From Fibrobacter succinogenes subsp. succinogenes S85 (GTDB lineage: Bacteria > Fibrobacterota > Fibrobacteria > Fibrobacterales > Fibrobacteraceae): a DNA stretch of 32,000 nt. The stretch lies in the NCBI RefSeq assembly GCF_000146505.1, contig NC_017448.1:2760001-2792000 (forward strand), read 5' to 3'. The notes under the pieces were generated by a model. That model ran no database searches, was not told where the DNA came from, and saw only the letters and a list, made by a program, of their open reading frames with translations. Below are positions 7,321-14,501 of this stretch, piece by piece (the first letter of the stretch is position 1; every line of letters begins with the position of its first letter). The position numbers and the translations under genes were made by a program.

Positions 7321-8850
7321 ATGTCAACAACTCACGCCAAGATTCAAGAACTAGAGCTGCTCTACAAGATCAGCTCCATTTTGAACCAGAGTCTTGATTT
7401 CGAAACAGTCGCACATCCGGTTTTGCAGACTGTAGAATCGGTGATGGGTGTTGAGCACGCAACACTTACGTTGTACAACCGCCATACCGGCGAAATCTCC
7501 ATTGAAATTGCTGAAGGCCTGAGCAGCCGCCAAGCGAGCAAGGGCCGCTACAAAGTGGGCGAAGGCATCACGGGCCGCGTCGTTGAAACGGGTAAACCGA
7601 TTATCATACCGTCTGTCGCAAAAGATCCGGACTTCTTGGATCGTACGGGCCGCGGTAAGACCGAAGACAAGGCTTTCCTTTGCGTCCCGATTATCATGGA
7701 GCAGGAAGTCGTTGGCGCTTTGAGTGCTGACGAACACAATCCCGACGAGGCTAACCTTAACGATCAGATTCATTTGCTCGAAATCATCGCGCAGATGCTT
7801 GCGACCGCTGTGAAGCTCCGCCGCCAGGCCCGAGAAGAAAACGAAATCCTCAAGGCCGAAAATGAGCGCATGGCGATGGAACTCAAGGCCAGATTCCAGC
7901 CGGACAATATCATCGGTAAAACGCCCGAGATGCAACAGGTCTATACGCAAATCGACCAGGTTGCAAAAAGCCCGCTCCCAGCGCTCATTGTGGGGGAGGT
8001 CGGGACTGGCAAAGGTCTTGTTGCAGAAGCTATCCATTTCCGTTCTGACCGCAATTTAGGGCTGTTTGTGCGAGTGCATTGCGCGGCCCTCCCGGAGTCC
8101 GTTCTGGACCGGGAACTTTTCGGTAGCGAAAAGGGCGCCTTGGTTGGCGTCGTCAACGAGGCGCCGGGCCGCGTCGAGCAGGCCGAAGGCGGTACGCTAT
8201 TCCTCGATGAAGTTGCGGAACTCACGCCGAACTTGCAGATAAAGTTACTTCGCCTTTTGCAGCAGGGCGAAATGGAGCGCGTGGGCGCTCGCTTCCCGAA
8301 AAAAGTGAACGTGCGCGTGATTTGCGCAACGACCAAGAATTTGCAGCAGATGGTCTCGGATGGGACTTTCCGCGAAGACTTGTACTACCAGCTTCACATC
8401 GTTCCGATTTACGTGCCGCCTCTTCGCAAGCGCCGCACCGACATTGTGCTTTTGGCGGATTACTTTGTGGACCATTACTGCCGCTTAGTCGGTAAAAACG
8501 TGCGCCGCCTTGCTCGCGGTACAATCGAGATGCTCATGAGCTATCCGTGGCCGGGCAATGTGCGCGAACTCGAGAATGCGATTGAACGTGCTGTGCTCTT
8601 GACCGAAGAAGACGTCATCTACCCGCATCACTTCCCGCCAACAATTCAAACGGACGAAACGAGCGGAACGCCAGTGAGTGGAAACCTCAAGCTTATGGTC
8701 GAGGCGTACGAACGCGACATCATTTGCGATGCCCTCAAGAGTAGCAAAGGCAAGATGGCAGCCGCTGCACGCAGCCTCTCGACCACCCCGCGCATCCTCA
8801 CTTACAAAATCAAACAGCTCGGCATCGACCTTGCTGCTTTTAGCAAGTAG
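7321..8850 (+). CDS. GAF-domain, sigma54-interaction-type AAA+ transcriptional activator with C-terminal Fis-type HTH; GAFTGA motif degenerate
   Basis: N-terminal GAF domain (~aa 20-165). Walker A is GEVGTGKG and Walker B is GGTLFLDEV. Also present: RVICATTKNL and WPGNVRELENAIERAV. C-terminal HTH: MAAAARSLSTTPRILTYKIKQLGI. The loop that is normally GAFTGA reads GALVGV (8134-8151). No SD; a TATATT box lies 8 nt upstream of the ATG. Confidence 0.85.
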   Translation: MSTTHAKIQELELLYKISSILNQSLDFETVAHPVLQTVESVMGVEHATLTLYNRHTGEISIEIAEGLSSRQASKGRYKVGEGITGRVVETGKPIIIPSVAKDPDFLDRTGRGKTEDKAFLCVPIIMEQEVVGALSADEHNPDEANLNDQIHLLEIIAQMLATAVKLRRQAREENEILKAENERMAMELKARFQPDNIIGKTPEMQQVYTQIDQVAKSPLPALIVGEVGTGKGLVAEAIHFRSDRNLGLFVRVHCAALPESVLDRELFGSEKGALVGVVNEAPGRVEQAEGGTLFLDEVAELTPNLQIKLLRLLQQGEMERVGARFPKKVNVRVICATTKNLQQMVSDGTFREDLYYQLHIVPIYVPPLRKRRTDIVLLADYFVDHYCRLVGKNVRRLARGTIEMLMSYPWPGNVRELENAIERAVLLTEEDVIYPHHFPPTIQTDETSGTPVSGNLKLMVEAYERDIICDALKSSKGKMAAAARSLSTTPRILTYKIKQLGIDLAAFSK

Positions 8851-8937
8851 CATAGCGTTTATCCGACAACATCTCTTTCGTCTCTCGTTGTAGCCGCATA
8901 GTGGCGTTCTTTCGTCTAAAAACCTATATTTCCACAC

Positions 8938-9828
8938 ATGGAACTGACTCAGTTAAAATACTTCTTGGAGGTGGCGCGCACGGAGCATGTCACGCAAAGT
9001 GCAAAGAACCTCTGCATCGTCCAACCTGCGCTCACACAAGCTATCCACAAGCTCGAAGATGAGCTAGGCGTATTGCTGTTCAAGAATGCTGGGCGTAATA
9101 TCAAGCTTACGGACAGCGGAAAGTTCTTTTACGAAAAACTTCAGCCGCTTTACGAGAATATGATGGCACTCCCGGCGCTCCTCAAGGAGACGGCGAACAA
9201 GCAGAACAATAACGTCAAGCTGAACGTCCTCGCTGCTTCCACGCTTATCACGAGTGCCGTGATTGAGTATAGACGAAGTAATTCCGACATTGACGTTGAC
9301 ATTGTGCAGAACGAAGAAACGAGCGTTTTCGATATCTGCGTTCGCACTTACGCGAATTACAGGCCGGAACTTGACAATACCGAAAGTGACGAAACGTTTG
9401 TCCATTCCGAAAAGATTTACCTTGCAGTCCCGAATACGGCGCAGTACAAAAAGCTCAATTCCATTTCCCTTTTTGACTTGAAAGACGAAAAATTTATCCG
9501 TCTTTACGGTTCCAAACAGTACCGCCAAATTTGTAACGAACTTTGTGATAGCATCGGATTCCATACAAACGTCACATTTGAAAGTGACAACGCTGCGGTT
9601 GTCAAGGAAGCTGTTGCCGCAGGCATTGGCGTGGGCTTTTGGCCGGAACTTTCATGGGGCAAGATGGACCACAAACGCGTTCGTCTCCTTGAAATCACCG
9701 ATACAGATTTCAAGCGCGATATCGTGGTCTCTCTCCGTCGCAACAAGCAGGATAATTCCAAAACCGAGGAATTCTACAATTTCTTGACCAAGTACATTCT
9801 CCGCCGCCAGCAGAACAAGCGGAAGTGA
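8938..9828 (+). CDS. LysR-family transcriptional regulator
   Basis: N-terminal wHTH (MELTQLKYFLEVARTEHVTQSAKNLCIVQPALTQAIHKLEDELGVLLF) plus a LysR substrate-binding region, 296 aa. No SD; a TATATT box lies 7 nt upstream of the ATG. Confidence 0.9.
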   Translation: MELTQLKYFLEVARTEHVTQSAKNLCIVQPALTQAIHKLEDELGVLLFKNAGRNIKLTDSGKFFYEKLQPLYENMMALPALLKETANKQNNNVKLNVLAASTLITSAVIEYRRSNSDIDVDIVQNEETSVFDICVRTYANYRPELDNTESDETFVHSEKIYLAVPNTAQYKKLNSISLFDLKDEKFIRLYGSKQYRQICNELCDSIGFHTNVTFESDNAAVVKEAVAAGIGVGFWPELSWGKMDHKRVRLLEITDTDFKRDIVVSLRRNKQDNSKTEEFYNFLTKYILRRQQNKRK

Positions 9829-9854
9829 GCCTGTTAAAGAACGACTTGTTAATG

Positions 9855-9897
9855 AAAAAAAAGCCTCCACGTTGATGAACGTGAAGGCTTTTTTTTA
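9855..9897. terminator. Bidirectional rho-independent terminator (LysR gene + / small OMP gene -)
   Basis: An A-run (9855-9862), an 11-bp stem (GCCTCCACGTT / AACGTGAAGGC, one mismatch) with loop GATG, and a T-run (9889-9897). Confidence 0.75.
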
Positions 9898-9915
9898 TGG
9901 ATTGTTGCTTGAAAA

Positions 9916-10539
9916 TTAGTTGAATGTAACCGTAGCTACGACCGAAAGTGAATTGAAAGAGGCTTTACCTTCGTAATCGAAAAGCTTGCTCTTTGCCGAA
10001 GAGTGGTTGAACGAAAGAGCGACGCCGACACCCAATTCGTTGTTTACCCACCATTCTTTACCGGCTGAAATGTTGAAGCTCAAATCAGAGTCATAATCGC
10101 TAATGATTTTCCCGAAAACGCATAGATCGGTGAATTCTGCCAAACCAAGAGATGCGCTAACAAACATGTTCAATCCGCCTGGAATGTAATAAGTGACGCC
10201 GACACCGTATATGAGAACTCTGAAAGACTGACTGCCGATATCCAATGTTGATTTGTCGCCATCCTTGTTTGAAAAATCAATATCCGTAAGTACGGCGTTT
10301 GCGTCTATCGTTCCATGCAAAATAAGGTTCGGGATGATGGCTGCGCCGATTTTAAACCCGGTTTCGAGCTGAAGGCCCTTGCTTTCCATTTTGACACCGT
10401 TTGCGCTGAACTCGTTGGTGAAATTCCCGTAGCCGAATCCTGCGATACCACTGAGGAAAAATCCGTCATGGGTTTTCGGTGCAGACTTGGCGAATGCGAA
10501 ACCTATGGCAAGAACCAAACACAAAAGAATTTTCTTCAT
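9916..10539 (-). CDS. Small (~207 aa) outer-membrane beta-barrel protein, paralog 1
   Basis: AAGGAGA RBS. Signal peptide MKKILLCLVLAIGFAFA. Alternating beta-strand pattern with a C-terminal aromatic-type ending (VTFN). Clearly paralogous to the next gene (shared SAPKTHDGFFL, NLILH, YVSAS, NISxGKEWW(V/M)N(N/D)ELG(V/L)GVA). Confidence 0.7.
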   Translation of the reverse strand: MKKILLCLVLAIGFAFAKSAPKTHDGFFLSGIAGFGYGNFTNEFSANGVKMESKGLQLETGFKIGAAIIPNLILHGTIDANAVLTDIDFSNKDGDKSTLDIGSQSFRVLIYGVGVTYYIPGGLNMFVSASLGLAEFTDLCVFGKIISDYDSDLSFNISAGKEWWVNNELGVGVALSFNHSSAKSKLFDYEGKASFNSLSVVATVTFN

Positions 10540-10571
10540 GATTTTCTCCTTTTTTAGCTAAACGCTTGATT

Positions 10572-10603
10572 AAAAAAAAGCCTCTGTTGTTTGACGCAGA
10601 GGC
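10572..10603 (-). terminator. Intercistronic hairpin/terminator between the two small OMP paralogs
   Basis: On the minus strand, a 7-bp stem (GCCTCTG / CAGAGGC) with a 10-nt loop is followed by T8. Only ~32 nt remain before the next ATG, leaving no room for a promoter, so it may act as an attenuator. Confidence 0.6.
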
Positions 10604-10626
10604 TCCATACAATTTTTTTTAAACGA

Positions 10627-11244
10627 TTAGTTGAAGGTAAGGGAAGCTACGAGGGCGAACGAGTTGGAAGTTGCTTCGTTCTTTTCGCCGCGGTAGTTTC
10701 CGTCAGCAGAATGGTGCGTGTAAGAGAATGCGACACCAAGTCCGAGTTCATCATTCATCCACCATTCCTTACCGACGGAAATGTTGAAACCGAAACCGGC
10801 ATCAAGGTTGTCAAAGCTGTAATCGCTGTTGTTGAGGGTGATGCTGATGTCGGTTACACCGAAGGAGGCGCTGACATAGACGTTTTCCTGGATGGGGAGG
10901 TAGTAGGTGATGCCTGCACCGAGCATGAGCATGTTGAAACCGTCGTGTTCGAGAGTTTCATCAACATAGGCGCTCTTGAGCTTGAGGTCAGAATAAATGA
11001 CGTCGCCAGAGAACATGGCGTGCAAGATGAGGTTCTGAGTTATAGCACCGCCCAACTTGAAGGAAGCTTCGAATGCACCGCCGTCGCAAGTCATCTTACC
11101 GAGACCGCCTGCGATTTTGTCTTCAAAGCTGGAATAGCCTGCACCCATCGTGGCGTTCAAGAAGAAACCGTCATGGGTCTTCGGGGCAGAAACTGCAAAT
11201 GCGCTGATGGCAGCGAGTGCAATGGACAAAAGAATTTTTTTCAT
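10627..11244 (-). CDS. Small (~205 aa) outer-membrane beta-barrel protein, paralog 2
   Basis: Start chosen at MKKILLSIALAAISAFA (ATG at 11244, AGGAAA RBS) instead of the ORF-track start at 11319. Has a signal peptide and the same architecture and C-terminus (LTFN) as paralog 1. Confidence 0.7.
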   Translation of the reverse strand: MKKILLSIALAAISAFAVSAPKTHDGFFLNATMGAGYSSFEDKIAGGLGKMTCDGGAFEASFKLGGAITQNLILHAMFSGDVIYSDLKLKSAYVDETLEHDGFNMLMLGAGITYYLPIQENVYVSASFGVTDISITLNNSDYSFDNLDAGFGFNISVGKEWWMNDELGLGVAFSYTHHSADGNYRGEKNEATSNSFALVASLTFN

Positions 11245-11284
11245 ATAATGTTTTCCTGATAAGTTTTTGTTTGTCGCAAAGTTA

Positions 11285-11312
11285 ATAATAAACTTACATG
11301 AATTCATGTAAA
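11285..11312 (-). promoter_or_regulatory. Candidate promoter of the small-OMP operon, overlapped by an 18-bp perfect palindrome
   Basis: In the minus-strand sense: TTTACA (11312-11307), 16-nt spacer, TATTAT (11290-11285). The palindrome TTACATGAATTCATGTAA (11294-11311) covers the spacer and the -35 box. Confidence 0.35.
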
Positions 11313-11474
11313 AATACATTTACATGTATCAAGATGATACGAATATGTTCTGCAATCATTTCAACAGGGCTATAGACTAGCTGGCTACGATTAATTACTA
11401 TCTTTATCCCCGTTATGATTATCCATTCCTTTAAAATGGGCTTCCAGTGATTAGCGGTTTTGACTTGTATTTCC

Positions 11475-11511
11475 CTAACCACTAACCACCAACCACTAAC
11501 CACTTAATTAA
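11475..11511. repeat. Heptamer array CTAACCA CTAACCA CCAACCA CTAACCA CTTAATT immediately upstream of tyrS
   Basis: Read directly from the sequence. The 7-nt period places TAA (plus strand) and TAG (minus strand) in successive reading frames. The array ends 5 nt before the tyrS ATG. Confidence 0.85.
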
Positions 11512-11515
11512 AATC

Positions 11516-12733
11516 ATGCAATTCCGTCCTGTTAAAGAACAGCTTGAAATTTTGATGCGCGGCGTGACCGACATCGTGCCGCAAGATGAACTCGAAAAGA
11601 AACTCCAGAAGTCCTACGAAACGGGCAAGCCCCTCCGTATCAAGATGGGTGTGGACCCGACGGCTCCGGACGTTCACTTCGGTCATACGGTCGTGATGCG
11701 CAAGCTCCGCCAGTTCCAGGACCTCGGTCATACGGTCGTCCTCATCGTGGGTGACTACACTGCGCAGATTGGTGACCCGAGTGGCCGCAACAAGGCTCGT
11801 CCGCGTCTCACGCACGAACAGGTGCTCGAGAATGCAAAGGAATACCAGGAACAGTTCTTCAAGGTAGTCCGTCGCGACCAGGTGGAAATCCACTACAACG
11901 GCGAATGGTTCTCCAAGCTCCCATTCAGCAAGGTCACGGAACTCATGGGCCAATTCACGGTTGCCCAGATGCTCGAACGCGAAGACTTCCACAACCGCTA
12001 TACCGCCAATACGCCGATTAGCCTCCACGAATTCATGTACCCGATGATGCAGGGCTACGATTCTGTCGCTATCCAGAGTGACGTGGAACTCGGCGGCACC
12101 GACCAGAAGTTTAACGTGCTCCGTGGTCGCGACCTCCAGATTTTTGAAGGCATGGAACCGCAGATTGGTCTCTTCATGCCGATTTTGCTCGGTACTGACG
12201 GCAAGGTCAAGATGTCCAAGTCCATCGGCAACTACGTTGGCCTTAACGAACCGGCTGACGTGATGTACCACAAGATTTATAGCCTCTCCGACAACATTGT
12301 CGAAAACTGGTACGAACTTTTGACCAACATTCCGCTCGACGAAGTCAAGCAGATGATGGCAGACATTGCTGCCGGCAAGATGAACCCGAATGATGCTAAG
12401 CACCGCCTCGCTATCGACATCGTGACGCAGTACTACGGTGCCGAAGCTGCCGAAGCCGCTGCCGCCAAGGAACGCGAAATCCACAGTGGTAACGCTATCC
12501 CGAGTGATGCTCTCGAATGCTCCGTCGATGCTGGCTCTTACGGCGCTCTTGACTTGCTCGTGAACATCAAGGCTTTTGCCAGTAAGGGCGAAGCCCGCCG
12601 CATGGTGCAGAACGGTGGCGTAAAGATTGGTGGCGAAAAGCTCGCCGATCCGCAGGCCCAGATCGAAATCAAGGGCGGCGACCAACTCGTCGTCCAGGTG
12701 GGCAAGCGTAAGTTCTTCAAGGTGAACTTCTAA
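11516..12733 (+). CDS. tyrS: Tyrosine--tRNA ligase (short bacterial type with C-terminal S4-like domain)
   Basis: HIGH-type motif DVHFGH; KMSKS motif present verbatim (KMSKSIGN). DPTAPD...VVLIVGDYTAQIGDPSGR matches the Thermus-type TyrRS pattern. C-terminal S4-like segment: EARRMVQNGGVKIGGEKL. Confidence 0.93.
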   Translation: MQFRPVKEQLEILMRGVTDIVPQDELEKKLQKSYETGKPLRIKMGVDPTAPDVHFGHTVVMRKLRQFQDLGHTVVLIVGDYTAQIGDPSGRNKARPRLTHEQVLENAKEYQEQFFKVVRRDQVEIHYNGEWFSKLPFSKVTELMGQFTVAQMLEREDFHNRYTANTPISLHEFMYPMMQGYDSVAIQSDVELGGTDQKFNVLRGRDLQIFEGMEPQIGLFMPILLGTDGKVKMSKSIGNYVGLNEPADVMYHKIYSLSDNIVENWYELLTNIPLDEVKQMMADIAAGKMNPNDAKHRLAIDIVTQYYGAEAAEAAAAKEREIHSGNAIPSDALECSVDAGSYGALDLLVNIKAFASKGEARRMVQNGGVKIGGEKLADPQAQIEIKGGDQLVVQVGKRKFFKVNF

Positions 12734-12741
12734 GGGCTGTC

Positions 12742-13698
12742 ATGTCTAGGGAAATCTTAGTTCTCGGTCTCAATCCTGCTTGGCAGAGGGTGTTCTTTCT
12801 GGATAAGTTTACTCCAGGCGAAGTACATCGCATTTCCAAGGTCAAGGAATACGCGTCGGGCAAGGGCATCAACTGCTGCCGAGTGTTGCAGCTTTTGGGC
12901 GGCTCTCCCCGCTTGATGCATTTCCTTGGTGCTGGGAACGGAGAAAAAATTTTTGATGAACTCTCCGCTTGCGGCATCCAGCAGGTACCGATCTGGATTC
13001 ATGAAAATACGCGCATCTGCACGACGATTGCCTGTAACGGCGACACGACGGAACTCGTGGAGCCGTCTCCGACTCTTGCGGATTCCGAGAATGATGATTT
13101 TACACAAACGCTCAATGACTACTGGGATTCTACGCAGTACATTGCTTTGTGTGGAACGTTCCCGCAGGGCTTTGATGCAAAGTTGTTCAATGAGCTAGAC
13201 TTTAGCGATAAGCACATCTTTGTCGATGCGATTGACGGCATAGACGATCTCCTTGCCAAAGGTGTAGACCTCCTGAAAATCAACATGCTGGAATACTGCA
13301 AGCTCCTGGAGCGCATGGGTATTCCGCAGGTCAAGTCGAGCCCGCAGTTCTGGAAGATGACTGCAACCGCGGTCCTTGAACGTCTCCCAATCAAGAATCT
13401 TGTTGTGACCGAAGAAGACGCTCCTGTACGTGCTTTCCGCCTCATGGAAAAGAAATTCCAAGGGATCCAGTTACAGCCGCCTACGATTACGGTGAAAAAC
13501 GATATTGGCGCTGGTGACTCGTTCTTCGCGGGCTGGCTCTATGCTTTTGAACAAAATCTGAGCTTTGAAAGTTGCTTGGCCAAGGCAACCGCAGTGGCGA
13601 GCGCCCGTTGCGAAGTTGAACGCCCATGGAACTTGAGCTTGGAGCGCGTCGCCGAGCTTGAAAGCGACCTCTCGACAAAGGTTGAACGCCTCGAATAA
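12742..13698 (+). CDS. PfkB-family sugar(-phosphate) kinase, 1-phosphofructokinase/tagatose-6-P kinase-like
   Basis: N-terminal LGLNPAWQRV...ASGKGINCCRVLQLLG (compare FruK TLNPAYD...AGKGINVAKVL) and the C-terminal PfkB signature DIGAGDSFFAGWLYAF. Starts 8 nt after the tyrS stop, with an AAGGG RBS. Confidence 0.8.
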   Translation: MSREILVLGLNPAWQRVFFLDKFTPGEVHRISKVKEYASGKGINCCRVLQLLGGSPRLMHFLGAGNGEKIFDELSACGIQQVPIWIHENTRICTTIACNGDTTELVEPSPTLADSENDDFTQTLNDYWDSTQYIALCGTFPQGFDAKLFNELDFSDKHIFVDAIDGIDDLLAKGVDLLKINMLEYCKLLERMGIPQVKSSPQFWKMTATAVLERLPIKNLVVTEEDAPVRAFRLMEKKFQGIQLQPPTITVKNDIGAGDSFFAGWLYAFEQNLSFESCLAKATAVASARCEVERPWNLSLERVAELESDLSTKVERLE

Positions 13699-13708
13699 GG
13701 ATTTTGCT

Positions 13709-14419
13709 ATGGAAGACAACTTTGTTCCTTTGTTTGCCTTTGCGTCAAACTTGGAATTCTTTGAAGTCTTTCCAGAAAGCAAGTCTTTTGTCCAAAATAA
13801 TATTCGTTTAGGTGAAATCGTCGAGCTCCCCGAAGGGCGCGGCTTTGCAGTTGTTCTTGGCGTTGGCCTGCTCGAATTTGCAACAAATTTATCCGTTCTG
13901 CTCTCTCGGTTTTCCGCCGAGGGGCCTTTTACGCATGTGGTGCTGGCGGGTATCTGTGGCGCTTACCCGGACCGTGGTCTAGAAATCGGTTCTGTTGTCC
14001 GCGTCAATTCCGAAATTGTAGGGGATCTTGGCGTTGTTGAATGCAATGGCTCGTTTACGCCTTGGTACAAAGTTTGCGCAACCTCTGCGAACGGTTCTGC
14101 TTCCCAAGCATCCGCGCACGTTTACGAATCCTCGTCGTTACGGGGCGTTCCTGCCTGGCTTTCGGATTTAAAACCTGTTGCCGGTCTCAGTGTCAATTGT
14201 TGCACTGGATCCGCCTCCATGGCTAAAGAACGCGTTGAGAACTTCAATGTTGATGTTGAATCGATGGAAGGGGCCGCCTGCTTCTCGATTTGCCACGCCT
14301 TTGGCGTTCCTTGCTACGAAATTCGTGCCGTCAGCAATTTTGCGACCGCCCGTGACAAATCCACCTGGCGCATCAAGGATGCCCTTGCCGCATTGCAATC
14401 GCTCGTAAACTCGCTTTGA
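13709..14419 (+). CDS. mqnB: Futalosine hydrolase-like nucleosidase (PNP_UDP_1 family; MqnB)
   Basis: Start at MEDNF (ATG at 13709, AAGGA RBS), 10 nt after the kinase stop. Motifs: VVLAGICGAYPDRGLEIGSVV and VESMEGAACFSICHAFGVPCYEIRAVSNFATARDKSTWRIKDALAAL. These match the futalosine-nucleosidase pattern, and the next gene is mqnD. Confidence 0.7.
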   Translation: MEDNFVPLFAFASNLEFFEVFPESKSFVQNNIRLGEIVELPEGRGFAVVLGVGLLEFATNLSVLLSRFSAEGPFTHVVLAGICGAYPDRGLEIGSVVRVNSEIVGDLGVVECNGSFTPWYKVCATSANGSASQASAHVYESSSLRGVPAWLSDLKPVAGLSVNCCTGSASMAKERVENFNVDVESMEGAACFSICHAFGVPCYEIRAVSNFATARDKSTWRIKDALAALQSLVNSL

Positions 14420-14438
14420 GGCAATGAGCTATGAGCTC

Positions 14439-14481
14439 GGGGCTAAAGCCCCTTCGGGCTCGCTTCGCTTCGGGCTTTTTT
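14439..14481 (+). terminator. GC-rich alternative hairpins plus T6, probable terminator after mqnB
   Basis: GGGGC-TAAA-GCCCC (14439-14452) overlaps AGCCC-CTTC-GGGCT (14447-14460). The 9-nt direct repeat CTTCGGGCT occurs at 14452-14460 and 14468-14476, followed by TTTTTT (14476-14481). Confidence 0.45.
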
Positions 14482-14501
14482 GCTAATTTCTAATTGCTTA
14501 A

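Noticed and set aside
11245-11515. A possible T-box or other riboswitch leader upstream of tyrS.
   Set aside because: I saw no T-box core (AGGGTGGNACCGCG-like), no specifier/antiterminator architecture and no terminator hairpin before the ATG. The region is instead a divergent promoter plus a heptamer array.
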